Below, one piece after another: positions 1 to 9,468 of a stretch of 64,000 nt of DNA. Positions within the stretch are counted from its first letter, which is position 1. The number at the start of each line of letters is the position of its first letter. A program made the translations under genes and the position numbers. Origin of the DNA: Candidatus Bathyarchaeota archaeon (lineage in GTDB: Archaea; Thermoproteota; Bathyarchaeia; Bathyarchaeales; Bathyarchaeaceae); the NCBI GenBank assembly GCA_963772765.1, contig CAVYYP010000004.1, forward strand, positions 4,558-68,557. The letters run 5' to 3'. Below the pieces are notes generated by a model. It worked only from the letters and a program-made list of their open reading frames with translations. It ran no database searches and was not told where the DNA came from.

Positions 1-296
1 AACGCAACATCATAGCTTTCACCAGAAACCACAGTATCTTCCTTGTCCAACAATCCGCCACCGCACCTGCAGAAACTTCTTATCTGCTGAATATATTGGC
101 GGTCATGAACCAATTCTAGGTCATTCATTTTGACTGGTTCTGGTTCAACAATGGAACAGTTTTCGTTTTCTAGGATTTTGCTTTTGTCTAGTTCTCTTAG
201 GATGACTCTGAGTCGCGAGGGGACTTCAGGATGTCGGGGTCCAGTTTTGTGGTTCAAGTATTTGTTAGAGTATATTATGGCTGTTTTTGGCATCAT
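1..296 (-). CDS. Histone deacetylase / AcuC-like (HDAC family) protein, N-terminal part; the gene runs off the left edge
   Basis: Hand translation of the minus strand from ATG at 296 gives MMPKTAIIYSNKYLNHKTGPRHPEVPSRLRVIL...LVHDRQYIQQIRSFCRCGGGLLDKEDTVVS. It contains the HPExPxR, VHxxxY and GGGxLDxDT blocks. It is absent from the ORF track because it is open-ended. Confidence 0.7.
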   Translation of the reverse strand, partial: MMPKTAIIYSNKYLNHKTGPRHPEVPSRLRVILRELDKSKILENENCSIVEPEPVKMNDLELVHDRQYIQQIRSFCRCGGGLLDKEDTVVSGESYDVA

Positions 297-384
297 TTTG
301 CGCCCCCAAACTAGAGGTCTTCACCGTCAGTCTATAGAATATATTTTTGTTAACTCTTGTAATTAATCATTGTCTGCAAAAAGG

Positions 385-885
385 TCAATCAATTATTACC
401 ACAGAAGAAACATCAGTCAACGACTCTAGGTAGATATCAAGTTTCTGAACTAGAAAATCAGTTGATGTGAGTTCTGGAAAGTAGAGTAGATGACTTTGGC
501 ATGTGTTTGTGCAATCTGAAGCTCCAAATCCGTTTACAGGAATTGTTGTGTCTGCGAGGGTTTTGAGGTAGCAGTTTATTGTGCATTCCAGTTTTTTGGT
601 TGTTTCAGCAGCCACTGTCTTCTCTATTGTGACGTTTTTGTTTGCCAGAAGATAGTCTATGTGCCAGAAGAGTTGTTTTTGTTTTCGTTGGTGCCTAGCT
701 AGTCTGTGTTTTAGGTTTGTTGACCCCTTGCCTAGTGCTGACCCTGTGTAGGTGTAGTAGCCTTTTGGAAATTTTTGTGTTCCAAGCCAGCCCACATTCA
801 GGACAGTTTCTTTGGATACATGTAAGAACAATATGTAGACACCAGTAGTTGAAAGCTCTGAATAACCACTAATGTCTGTTTTCAT
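385..885 (-). CDS. GIY-YIG-like endonuclease superfamily protein (DUF123-type)
   Basis: GVYILF...GYYTYTGSA...LKHRLARH...HWHIDYL pattern typical of archaeal DUF123/Uri-type proteins. Confidence 0.55.
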   Translation of the reverse strand: MKTDISGYSELSTTGVYILFLHVSKETVLNVGWLGTQKFPKGYYTYTGSALGKGSTNLKHRLARHQRKQKQLFWHIDYLLANKNVTIEKTVAAETTKKLECTINCYLKTLADTTIPVNGFGASDCTNTCQSHLLYFPELTSTDFLVQKLDIYLESLTDVSSVVIID

Positions 886-902
886 TTATGGTTAGCCGCC
901 GT

Positions 903-2054
903 CTAAGGTATGGTTTCGTTCCAATAGAATACTGTATCATAAAAGTCGGCTAGGTTAGCGTCTGTGTTTGGACTGCTGTAAACTATGTCTAAATCAAAGC
1001 CGTACTCGTCAATTAGCTTGTTTACGTCGGTCCAAATTTTTGGTATCCTTGAGTCTGTGTCTGGGCTCCATAGACCCCAAATTTTGTCGGTTGCTCTGCG
1101 GAATCCGAAACCAAAGTTTTCTGGAAGAACATAAACTGCGGTTGCTTTTGTGCTGTCATATTTGTCTGGGTTTTCGTTCATGTAGTCCCAGAAGTTTTCT
1201 AGAGCAGTAAAGTGTTCATCGGTCAGGATTCCATAGTCAGAGTAGTTTGTGGCTGGATGGTCAAAAATTACAGTGTATTTTGCCCCATTATGGTATGCAG
1301 TCAGAAGGTCTTGGTAGAGTTCGTTTCCGTGCACAAGGTAGGGTGGCTGGTTGTATGTCCATGTGACCATTGTGCCCCAGTCCTTGCTGTGAACGTTGGC
1401 GGCGCCTCTGCAAAGTGCAACGTTTAGTGGTCTGCTGTGGTTCCAAGCAAACTCTACTAGGACGGTGTCATATCCTGCCTCGTAGTCGTACCAGTAGAGT
1501 CCATAATCGGAAGTCATTACTGTTGTTTCTACACATTCTTCGGCATAAAGATAGTATTCTATGTGCCCGTTGAGCAAGTCCACAAACAGTTCAGCGGCTT
1601 CTGTCGGGTTTGATGCTTCTTTAACAAGCTGAAAAGAGCCCGAGTCCATCTGGTTGCCTCCTGGCTCATCCATTGTGTACACACCCAGAAACTTGTCGCC
1701 ATATTTTTCTTTGGCTTGAGCCATCCAGATGTGTGGATAATAGTTATAGCGCAAAATCCGTTCGGTTCTATTTGTCCCATCGTCTAAGTGGAAGGTTTCT
1801 TCTTCGTGCAAGGAAATGTAGAACACAACAAAATACAGTCCTGAATCATATACATAGTCGGCGACTTCGTTCAGGCTATCATAATCTAAGGCTATATCTA
1901 GTGAGTCTATGACGAAAAGGTTTGTGAAGCCTTTTACTCTGTCAACTAGGGCTTTGCATCCTTCAATGCTTGATTCGCTGAGGGCATATTCTACGCCTAC
2001 AAGAAAGTTTGGCTCTGAACTTTGATTGCTTGGAGCTGGATATGATGCTATCAA
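903..2054 (-). CDS. Hypothetical protein, probably exported (the true start may lie upstream of 2054)
   Basis: 383-aa ORF with no motif I can name. An in-frame hydrophobic, signal-peptide-like stretch continues upstream of the TTG at 2054 (see findings). Confidence 0.5.
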   Translation of the reverse strand: MIASYPAPSNQSSEPNFLVGVEYALSESSIEGCKALVDRVKGFTNLFVIDSLDIALDYDSLNEVADYVYDSGLYFVVFYISLHEEETFHLDDGTNRTERILRYNYYPHIWMAQAKEKYGDKFLGVYTMDEPGGNQMDSGSFQLVKEASNPTEAAELFVDLLNGHIEYYLYAEECVETTVMTSDYGLYWYDYEAGYDTVLVEFAWNHSRPLNVALCRGAANVHSKDWGTMVTWTYNQPPYLVHGNELYQDLLTAYHNGAKYTVIFDHPATNYSDYGILTDEHFTALENFWDYMNENPDKYDSTKATAVYVLPENFGFGFRRATDKIWGLWSPDTDSRIPKIWTDVNKLIDEYGFDLDIVYSSPNTDANLADFYDTVFYWNETIP

Positions 2055-2281
2055 AAATAGTGGTGAGATAATTAGGGCGATTAGAATGAAACAGAATAGA
2101 TAGTTGCTACCTTTCAGTGTTTTTCCTCTCCGTGCCGAAGTGTTTTACATATAGAATAAAGTTTCTAGGTTATAACATTAAAGATAAGAACTGTGCAGGA
2201 AAAGTAGGCTAAATTTCGGTTTTGTGGGACTCTAGAATACTTTTTAAGAGACACAAAGCATTACATCGTTGTCTAACACTG

Positions 2282-3478
2282 ATGGTGAGCAGAGGAGTGC
2301 GATATTCCAGCGTTTTCAAAGATGAAAGCAAACTGGATATCAACTATGTTCCCCAGCATCTGCTCCACAGAAAACTTCAACAAAATCTTTTGAACCAGTT
2401 TTTCCGTTTTGCCACAGAAAATCCTGGACAAATGACGCAGCGTGCACTGATTATGGGAAACATAGGAACAGGCAAAACAGTTCTTGCCCAGCGCTTTGGG
2501 CTAAACATAACAAAAGAGGCAAAAGAACGAAAAATCAACCTCAACTATGTCCACATAAACTGCAGAGAATGCAAAGGCAGCCTATTCATGATTCTCCAGC
2601 GCACCATCATGAAGTTTATTCCCAATTTTCCCAGACGCGGCTACTCCGCAGAGGAGCTTCTTCAGGCACTCATGCAGATACTTGACGAAAACGACGCATA
2701 TATGATATTGACCCTAGACGAGCTGGAGTCACTTGTTCAAAATGAGGGCTCAGATCCCCTCTATAATCTCTCCAGAATACAGGAAGACAGAATCAATACA
2801 CCAAAAAGGCTCTCGTTAATCTGTATTCTTCGTCACCCCGAGCATCTTGACAGCTTGGACCCAAGCACAAGAAGCACATTACAGCGCAACATAATACGGC
2901 TAGAGGATTACTCAGAGTCACAGCTAGAAGACATCCTAGATGACAGGGTGAATGTTGCATTTGTTGATGGGGCAGTGCCATCCCAAACACTGATGCTTAT
3001 TGCAGAGCTTGGAAAATCCGAGCGAGGAAACGCCAGATACTCCATCGAACTGTTGTGGCGAGCAGGCAAGTATGCGGATGCCTCAGAGATACGGGAAGTC
3101 ACGCCAGAGTGTGTCAGAAACGCGGTTGCCAGTGTTTATCCTGTTGTAAGAAAAGACATGCTTCCGGGACTTGGTCTGCACGAAAAATTGTTCCTCTTAA
3201 GCTTGGCACGGCATTTTAAGCAAACAGACTCTGCCTATGTTTCCATGGGCGACGCAGAAGAAACGTATGCTCTTGTCTGCGAAGAGTATAAGGAAAAAAG
3301 CAGGGGACATACCCAGCTGTGGAAGTATATTAAGGCGCTTTCTGCTGCAGGAATCATCGAAACAATGGTCTCTGGAGTCGGGCAAAGAGGAAAAACAACG
3401 CTGATTGGTTTGCCCCGTGTTCCAGCCGCTGACCTAGAACAGGAAATAGTCAAGATTTTGACTCGGGAATGCAGGTGA
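2282..3478 (+). CDS. cdc6: Orc1/Cdc6 replication initiator (AAA+ plus winged helix)
   Basis: Starts at ATG 2282 (MVSRGVRYSSVFKDESKLDINYVPQHLLHR). Walker A GNIGTGKT and Walker B LDELE are present. Length and C-terminal wH region fit Orc1/Cdc6. Confidence 0.9.
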   Translation: MVSRGVRYSSVFKDESKLDINYVPQHLLHRKLQQNLLNQFFRFATENPGQMTQRALIMGNIGTGKTVLAQRFGLNITKEAKERKINLNYVHINCRECKGSLFMILQRTIMKFIPNFPRRGYSAEELLQALMQILDENDAYMILTLDELESLVQNEGSDPLYNLSRIQEDRINTPKRLSLICILRHPEHLDSLDPSTRSTLQRNIIRLEDYSESQLEDILDDRVNVAFVDGAVPSQTLMLIAELGKSERGNARYSIELLWRAGKYADASEIREVTPECVRNAVASVYPVVRKDMLPGLGLHEKLFLLSLARHFKQTDSAYVSMGDAEETYALVCEEYKEKSRGHTQLWKYIKALSAAGIIETMVSGVGQRGKTTLIGLPRVPAADLEQEIVKILTRECR

Positions 3479-3750
3479 AATTGGTGTCAATAGAGGACGT
3501 TTTTTCTTCCAAAGGGCGCGTAAAAATTCTCAGAATCCTGTCCGAAATCGGGGAACTGAACATTTCGGAGATTGCCAGACGCGCAGGATTAAACTATGCC
3601 ACTACAAATCAACACCTCCAGATTTTGGAGAACTACAAGCTTGTTCGTCACAAGACGTTTGGCAGAATCCGAATCTTTCGATACAATGAAGAGAACCCCA
3701 GAGCCAGAATGATAAGGCAGCTCATGGAGTTCTGGGAAGAAACAAAATAA
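3469..3750 (+). CDS. ArsR-type winged-helix transcription regulator
   Basis: RVKILRILSEIGELNISEIARRAGLNYATTNQHLQILENYKLV is an HTH_5/ArsR-like signature. The gene overlaps the cdc6 stop by 10 nt. Confidence 0.65.
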   Translation: MQVKLVSIEDVFSSKGRVKILRILSEIGELNISEIARRAGLNYATTNQHLQILENYKLVRHKTFGRIRIFRYNEENPRARMIRQLMEFWEETK

Positions 3751-3787
3751 AACAAGAAACAACATAGAATTGTGTAGGTGAAGTGTC

Positions 3788-4231
3788 ATGTCGATGGTTG
3801 ATGTTACCTCGAAACCAGAAGTTTACAGGGAAGCAAAAGCAAAAGGCGCAATCAAACTAAAACCCGAAACAATAAACCGAATCAAACAAGGAAAAATCGC
3901 AAAAGGCGATCCCTTCGAAGTAGCTAAGGTCGCAGGAATTTTAGCAGCAAAAAACACGAGCTCCATGATTCCACTTTGCCATCCGTTACCGTTGACGGGT
4001 GTTAACATTGAACTCAGAACATTAAATGACTCTAAGGTAGAAGCCGAAGCTACCGTAAAGACAAGAGCACAAACAGGGGTAGAAATGGAGGCACTTGCCG
4101 CAGCAGCGATGGCACTGTTAACGGTGTGGGACATGACCAAGCAGTATGAAAAGGACGAAAACGGGCAGTATCCTAGCACCAGCATCCAAGACCTGCATGT
4201 GGTCAACAAGGTGAAGGAGAAAAAAGAATGA
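3788..4231 (+). CDS. moaC: Cyclic pyranopterin monophosphate synthase MoaC
   Basis: IPLCHPLPLTGV...KTRAQTGVEMEALAAAAMALLTVWDMTK are conserved MoaC blocks. Confidence 0.9.
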   Translation: MSMVDVTSKPEVYREAKAKGAIKLKPETINRIKQGKIAKGDPFEVAKVAGILAAKNTSSMIPLCHPLPLTGVNIELRTLNDSKVEAEATVKTRAQTGVEMEALAAAAMALLTVWDMTKQYEKDENGQYPSTSIQDLHVVNKVKEKKE

Positions 4232-4764
4232 GCGAATCAACAAATGAACACAAAAGCAAGGCTCCAAAGAAGCTCAATTTTCATGTCATAATATCAAGTT
4301 CGTCAAGGTATGATCAGTTCAAGAAAAGAGAGATGTTCACTGACCCGTCAGGCGATTTGATTGTTGAACTGATAAAGATTGCAGGTCATAGTGTAGTTTC
4401 GAAGGAGATTTTGCCTGATGACATGTTTCTTTTGGGGAAACATGTTGGAAATGCTATTGGCTCAGAGGATGTTGATGCAATTATCGTGAGTGGTGGAACT
4501 GGAGTCAGCATAACAGATGTTACAATTGAGACGTTAAGGCCAATGATGATTAAGACGCTGCCAGGGTTTGGCGAAATCTTCAGGAAGCTAAGTTATGACG
4601 AGATAGGTTCTGCAGCGATTATGACTCGGGCTTTGGCGGGTGTTGCTGATCAGGGAAAGGTGATTTTTTGTATTCCGGGCTCTCCTCAGGCTGTCAGATT
4701 GGTTATGACAAAGCTGATTCTTCCCGAGACGGGGCATATTGTTAAGCATGCTCGGGAAAAGTAG
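4228..4764 (+). CDS. moaB: Molybdenum cofactor biosynthesis protein MoaB/MogA family
   Basis: IIVSGGTGVSITDVT...LPGFGEIFR...FCIPGSPQAV is the MoCF_biosynth domain pattern. A 4-nt overlap with moaC suggests an operon. Confidence 0.8.
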   Translation: MSESTNEHKSKAPKKLNFHVIISSSSRYDQFKKREMFTDPSGDLIVELIKIAGHSVVSKEILPDDMFLLGKHVGNAIGSEDVDAIIVSGGTGVSITDVTIETLRPMMIKTLPGFGEIFRKLSYDEIGSAAIMTRALAGVADQGKVIFCIPGSPQAVRLVMTKLILPETGHIVKHAREK

Positions 4765-4842
4765 TGCCATTTTTTGACGTACAAATAGGTTAATATTGAA
4801 TAGTGACCAATCCGATTATCTTGTTTAAGGAAGAGAATAGTA

Positions 4843-5175
4843 ATGGAGTTTTGTCCTTCGTGCGGAAAACGGATGGTTCTCAGGAGAACCAAGGACGGTT
4901 CCGTTTTTGTTTGTACAGTGTGTAATTGTCAAAAGTCTACCAAAAAGTCTGCTGCGGTTAAGGCGGTTGTTCCGAAGAAGCCCAAGGAAACAATTGTTGT
5001 TATAGGAAAAGAGGATCAGCAGCTGAAGACTAATCCTACGGCTAATGTTTTGTGTCCAAAGTGTGGTAACAATTTGGCTTACACGTGGCAGGTGCAGACC
5101 CGTGCCGGCGATGAAGGAGCAACTCAGTTCTTTAGATGCACAAAATGCAGTCATACATTCCGTCTCTACACGTAA
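4843..5175 (+). CDS. tfs: Transcription factor S (TFS / RpoM-like)
   Basis: N-terminal Zn ribbon CPSC...CTVC. C-terminal TFIIS-type ribbon CPKC...QVQTRAGDEGATQFFRCTKCSHTF with the acidic DE loop. Confidence 0.85.
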   Translation: MEFCPSCGKRMVLRRTKDGSVFVCTVCNCQKSTKKSAAVKAVVPKKPKETIVVIGKEDQQLKTNPTANVLCPKCGNNLAYTWQVQTRAGDEGATQFFRCTKCSHTFRLYT

Positions 5176-5315
5176 AAAGCTGGACTTTACTTTCCATTAT
5201 TTGCATTGTGCGCGGTTTCTATTGTTGAATTGAGACTCGATGGTTGTTTTGGGTTAAAGGCTTAAAACTGAAAGTGAACATAAATTCTGTTTAGGAAAAA
5301 AGGTGTTGTTAGGCG

Positions 5316-5900
5316 TTGGGTAGTGCTCGTTCTGATAAACGTAAAAAAACTATTACCCGAACATTTCGCCTAAGACAGCAATGGGACACAATACTTCAGG
5401 ATGAGGCTTCAAGGCAGGGAGTCAGCGTTAACGTTCTACTCAACAAGATTCTTCGAAAATATTCTCTTTACTCCCGATGGACAGAAAGAAACAATGACGT
5501 CACGTTGTCACAGCCAACCCTAAGAGAGATACTAGGCACAACACAAGAGGAGCAGTTAGCCTCAGCAGGCACCAAAACAGGGGCATTGGATGCAATAAAT
5601 CTGGTGAACGCTATGGGCATGCCAATGGAGTATGACACATTCGTTTACTTGATCACAGAACATCTTGGAGGTCCAAACTTTGCCAGACTGTTTCATTGTT
5701 TCCATCACACCCATGGTAACAAGGACATATTCCACCTGCAGCATGATTTTGGACGAAAATGGAGCATCTTTCTCGAAAAATATGTCACATCCTTTATGCA
5801 CACCATAACAGACGCTGAAGCAAAAACAAGAACCTACGATTATGCAGTCACATTAGAGGTAACAAAACCCAGACCAAAACCTGCCTTAGAACAGGTTTAG
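5316..5900 (+). CDS. Hypothetical protein with a possible N-terminal ribbon-helix-helix
   Basis: TITRTFRLRQQWDTILQDEASRQGVSVNVLLNKILRKY resembles a CopG/RHH strand-helix-helix. The rest is unassigned. Confidence 0.4.
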   Translation: MGSARSDKRKKTITRTFRLRQQWDTILQDEASRQGVSVNVLLNKILRKYSLYSRWTERNNDVTLSQPTLREILGTTQEEQLASAGTKTGALDAINLVNAMGMPMEYDTFVYLITEHLGGPNFARLFHCFHHTHGNKDIFHLQHDFGRKWSIFLEKYVTSFMHTITDAEAKTRTYDYAVTLEVTKPRPKPALEQV

Positions 5901-6526
5901 TTTATTTTGTACTTTGTTAGCAGGTCAAAGATGATGCCCACTTTTTGCTGAATCTCAAGAGCATTGCTTACAACTACGCCTATTTGGTCTGCTATATCTT
6001 CGTAGTTTTTGATGTCTTCGGGAGTGAACATGTTTTCTCTGGGGTCATTAATTTGTATCAAGCCCAGAGTTTTGTCTGCTGAGCGTACTGGAATTAAGGC
6101 AACTGATTCGTAGCCGCTGTAGTGGCACATGTTTCGTGTTCTAGACTGCAGGTCTTTTTCTGTTGCGGACTTTAATAGCTGTGTTGTGCTGTTTGTCCAG
6201 AAGCTGCCTTTATCAGTAAAGTATGGAAGACTTGGGTCAACACGTCCTTTTAGGACGTTTCCGCACATGCATTCCAGAAGGGGGTTTCCGTCGTTGTCAA
6301 GAATAGGGTTGCCTTCATCGTCTTTTGCGCATAGACTGTTTTCTTTGAGTATGAAAAAGTCTGGGAATCCTGCATGCGCATAGTAAGGGTAGTCTCCGTC
6401 TTTTTGCAGTCTGATTCCGATGCTTTGGCATTTAGAGATGTCAGCGATCTCTTTCAAGATACCAGTTATTACTTGTCTTAGTGCAACAAAGTCTTGTGAA
6501 TTGTCTAACATCGCTTTGGACTCCAA
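5897..6526 (-). CDS. GAF domain protein
   Basis: QSIGIRL...YYAHAGF...YESVALIPVRSADKTLGLIQINDPRENMFTPEDI is a GAF-like sensor pattern. Confidence 0.6.
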   Translation of the reverse strand: MESKAMLDNSQDFVALRQVITGILKEIADISKCQSIGIRLQKDGDYPYYAHAGFPDFFILKENSLCAKDDEGNPILDNDGNPLLECMCGNVLKGRVDPSLPYFTDKGSFWTNSTTQLLKSATEKDLQSRTRNMCHYSGYESVALIPVRSADKTLGLIQINDPRENMFTPEDIKNYEDIADQIGVVVSNALEIQQKVGIIFDLLTKYKIN

Positions 6527-6663
6527 TAGACTTGTCTATTTCGGGGTATGCAGTAATAAAATTTGGTGTTTACATTTGAATACAGTGTGGTGCAGTGTAG
6601 ACGCTCATCTTAACTGTAATTCACCCAATAATATAGTATAGCATCAAAAAGGTAGTACATGCC

Positions 6664-6957
6664 ATGAGTAGCAAAATCGCAGAAGCAGAAAAGTCTCGTG
6701 ACGACAGTTCTTCAGAAGTATTGCTGGATTCAGCTGTTCCACAGGAAAATATGACAGTTTTTCAGATTTTCTTCTTGACAGAAAATGAAAATGACAACGT
6801 CGAGGTTCTAGAAACAAACATGATAGATTATGAGGAAATCAACCAGCGCCTAAACATGGGAGAATCGATATTTATCAAACATAAAACCAGAGACATCCTA
6901 GAACAAGATATAGAAACAAATAAAGAAAGCAAGCCATGGTATCTTAATCGTTGTTGA
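6664..6957 (+). CDS. Small acidic hypothetical protein
   Basis: ORF sits directly upstream of, and probably in an operon with, the ferredoxin gene. No recognisable motif. Confidence 0.35.
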   Translation: MSSKIAEAEKSRDDSSSEVLLDSAVPQENMTVFQIFFLTENENDNVEVLETNMIDYEEINQRLNMGESIFIKHKTRDILEQDIETNKESKPWYLNRC

Positions 6958-6961
6958 TACT

Positions 6962-7165
6962 ATGACTGTTGTTGTGAACTGGAACAGATGCAGCGGCAAG
7001 GGTACATGCTTGAATACATGCCCAGTTTCTGTTTTTGAACTTCAGGAAATCAAAGAGCATCCAGAAACACTCAAAGCAGTTGCTGCCAAGAAAGAAAATT
7101 GCATTTACTGTATGAAATGTGTACCAGTCTGTATCGAAGAAGCAATAACTGTTACAAGACAATAA
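6962..7165 (+). CDS. 4Fe-4S ferredoxin-type protein
   Basis: CSGKGTCLNTCP and CIYCMKCVPVC cluster motifs. Confidence 0.75.
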   Translation: MTVVVNWNRCSGKGTCLNTCPVSVFELQEIKEHPETLKAVAAKKENCIYCMKCVPVCIEEAITVTRQ

Positions 7166-7173
7166 GCCCTTGT

Positions 7174-7908
7174 TTAGCTTATGTAACGTGGCTTTTTTGG
7201 CTGAGTTGCTTCAGGGCTTCTTCTTTCCCTAATTTCCGCTAACTTCTTTTCGAGCTCGTCAGCTTGTTGTTCTAGCTCAGTTAAATCGAGCTTAAGGTCT
7301 AGAATCTTCATCAACGTGGCTAGGACGGCTTGAACTGTTCGGGGCTGAGGAACATCTAAGTATCGTATTTCGCCAAGAAGGCAGATGCCGTTCATCTTTC
7401 TTTCATGAGCTACCCCTACTAGAAGACCGTTTAGTCCATTGATTTTTCCTTCTCCACTTACTAGTGTGACTTGATGTTCTTTCAAAAAGTCCTTTAATTC
7501 GGGCTGGTTGACAACTCCAAAGACTCTGGGAGCAATGTCCTGAGGATTAGGAACAGCAGCAAAAGTGTACACTTGTTTTGTGCCAAATTTTCCTGCTACA
7601 TCCAGAACTTGGTTTGCAAGTTCATATATCCCGTTTATGGTTTGGGGCTGAATTTCGCCGCTACAAACTATCAGGTCGCCTTGTTCTCGTTTTTTGTAAC
7701 AGAATCTGTGCAGGTAGTGACTGATTTCACCTACACCATCTTTGAAGTATATGTCATTGCTGGGGCTACGAATCTCCGCAAACAGTTTTGCGCCTAACTG
7801 CTGAATCAGAAAGTCCGCTGACATTCTAGCCAGCATTCCCATGCCAGGCCAAGCAGCAATTAATGTTGGATTGTTAAGTGTGGGTTTTTCTGTAAAATGT
7901 AATTCCAT
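7174..7908 (-). CDS. PAC2-family (proteasome assembly chaperone-like) protein
   Basis: NPTLIAAWPGMGMLARMSADFLIQQLGA is the N-terminal PAC2 signature. The C-terminus looks coiled-coil. The likely start is the internal ATG (MELHFTEK); the ORF track extends to 8007. Confidence 0.5.
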   Translation of the reverse strand: MELHFTEKPTLNNPTLIAAWPGMGMLARMSADFLIQQLGAKLFAEIRSPSNDIYFKDGVGEISHYLHRFCYKKREQGDLIVCSGEIQPQTINGIYELANQVLDVAGKFGTKQVYTFAAVPNPQDIAPRVFGVVNQPELKDFLKEHQVTLVSGEGKINGLNGLLVGVAHERKMNGICLLGEIRYLDVPQPRTVQAVLATLMKILDLKLDLTELEQQADELEKKLAEIRERRSPEATQPKKPRYIS

Positions 7909-8055
7909 GTTCTCTGCACCTTCTATGTTGCAAAAAGTCTTCAATTTAATTTGATGAAATAAACTTATTAACTGTTCCTGAAGCGAGTTTGGCAGAGTTT
8001 TGTCCATTTTTAGTTACGGGTAATCCGTAATTGGTGTTCATAAACGATAATTAAT

Positions 8056-8910
8056 GTGATATTCTATGAGATAGCGGCGTTTCTATTGTCTAAATTCGTC
8101 TGTGTTCCCGAACAAGTAGCCGAAAGAAAGGTTATAGTGTACAAGCCACGTATTGGTCCGAAAGAAGTACGATCGATTGCTGAAAAAATGAAGATGAAGT
8201 TCTTCCATAAGATGATGTTCATTAAACCAAAACCGGAAGAGGTACATATCGCGGCTATAGACAGGTATTTTGAGCAGTATATTGTTGTGGATGGAGAATA
8301 CTGCATTGAATACTCCCAGAAATGGAGCCAAAACATCCAAGTCCCTGATACGATGACGGAACTAACATGCTACGAAGCAAAAATAAAGCCTGTCTCTCTG
8401 AAGGATTCTCTTGGAACTCCATGCAAAATAATGAAACTAACAGGAGAAGGTCGCCACAAATTTGAAGCTACGGCGCATCTTATCTTTGACGACAAATGGC
8501 AAGAAGTTGGGCTTGAAAAATTGCCGTTTGTTCCTTTTGAGGAGCAGCCAGAAAAGATTCTGAAAATGATTGCAAACAAAACAAAAGACGTCAATTCTAT
8601 TGCTGAGGGAAAGGAGATTGAGATTCTTAAATCAAAAATTGTCCAGAGACCAGAAGACATTCTTTGTGTCCATAATGAGTTGTTCAAAGTTTCTGACCGC
8701 GCAATAATCTACAAGCCAATGTATCAGATTACAATAAGGAACACAAAAACAGAAAAAGAAATCACAATAAAGATTGATGCCATAACAGGAAAAACAAAAC
8801 AACATCAAGTTTCAAAACCAGAGAAAAAGGTTGCTAAAGATAAGAAAAAGCAGTCCAAGAAACCTGCTGAGACAGTTCCAGACAAACAAGAAAAGGTAGA
8901 AGTGAAATAA
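8056..8910 (+). CDS. Hypothetical protein with a lysine-rich C-terminal tail
   Basis: 284-aa ORF with no confident motif. The KKVAKDKKKQSKKP tail is notable. Confidence 0.4.
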   Translation: MIFYEIAAFLLSKFVCVPEQVAERKVIVYKPRIGPKEVRSIAEKMKMKFFHKMMFIKPKPEEVHIAAIDRYFEQYIVVDGEYCIEYSQKWSQNIQVPDTMTELTCYEAKIKPVSLKDSLGTPCKIMKLTGEGRHKFEATAHLIFDDKWQEVGLEKLPFVPFEEQPEKILKMIANKTKDVNSIAEGKEIEILKSKIVQRPEDILCVHNELFKVSDRAIIYKPMYQITIRNTKTEKEITIKIDAITGKTKQHQVSKPEKKVAKDKKKQSKKPAETVPDKQEKVEVK

Positions 8911-9019
8911 TTTTTTTGATGCCGAAGAAGTAGCTAGTGCTTCGACATCTACGTTCTTCTAGTTTTTGTTGATTTGTAAGATTTGGAAGCTTAAAAAGGC
9001 TGAATCTACAAAAAGTTAG

Positions 9020-9442
9020 TTGAATGGGGACTGTTGTGTGTTTTTGAGTTTGCAGCGTAGTCATGTTGAGTTGCTAAAGCAGGAGGCACAGAGGGTTTTT
9101 CCTGTTGAGGCTTGTGCGATTCTTTTTGGTCGCTTGTCAGAAAATGAGGCTGTTGTAGAAAAGGTTGAGATTGCGCAAAATAGGTTGCGTTCCATTACAC
9201 GGTTTGAGGTTGACCCATCTAAGGTTGCAATGTCGATTGTTGAGGCAGAAAAGGAGGGTCTTGAGTTTGTTGGTTTGTTTCATTCCCATCCTGCGCCGGC
9301 TGTGCCTTCTGAGATTGACAGGAAATTTATGCGATTGTGGGATGACACCGTCTGGCTTATTCTGTCTTCAACTGAGAACAGGCTAGATGCATTTCAGCTA
9401 GTAGACGAAAAAATGAGGCAAGTAGCTATAAGAATCAAATAA
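9020..9442 (+). CDS. JAMM/MPN+ metalloprotease (Mov34 family)
   Basis: EACAILFG...GLFHSHPAPAVPSEID matches the Ex(n)HxHx(n)SxxD JAMM motif. The start is uncertain (TTG 9020 or TTG about 9044). Confidence 0.75.
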   Translation: MNGDCCVFLSLQRSHVELLKQEAQRVFPVEACAILFGRLSENEAVVEKVEIAQNRLRSITRFEVDPSKVAMSIVEAEKEGLEFVGLFHSHPAPAVPSEIDRKFMRLWDDTVWLILSSTENRLDAFQLVDEKMRQVAIRIK

Positions 9443-9468
9443 CAAAGAGATAGTAGGAGACTGAAATT

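Noticed and set aside
130-366. 78-aa plus-strand ORF at the left edge.
   Set aside because: It overlaps the minus-strand HDAC-family N-terminus (1-296), which has clear family motifs. The plus-strand product has none.
2055-2281. Replication origin next to orc1/cdc6.
   Set aside because: The spacer is only ~227 bp. I found no inverted ORB or mini-ORB-like repeats and no extended AT-rich unwinding element, only ordinary promoter-like sequence. An origin may lie elsewhere.
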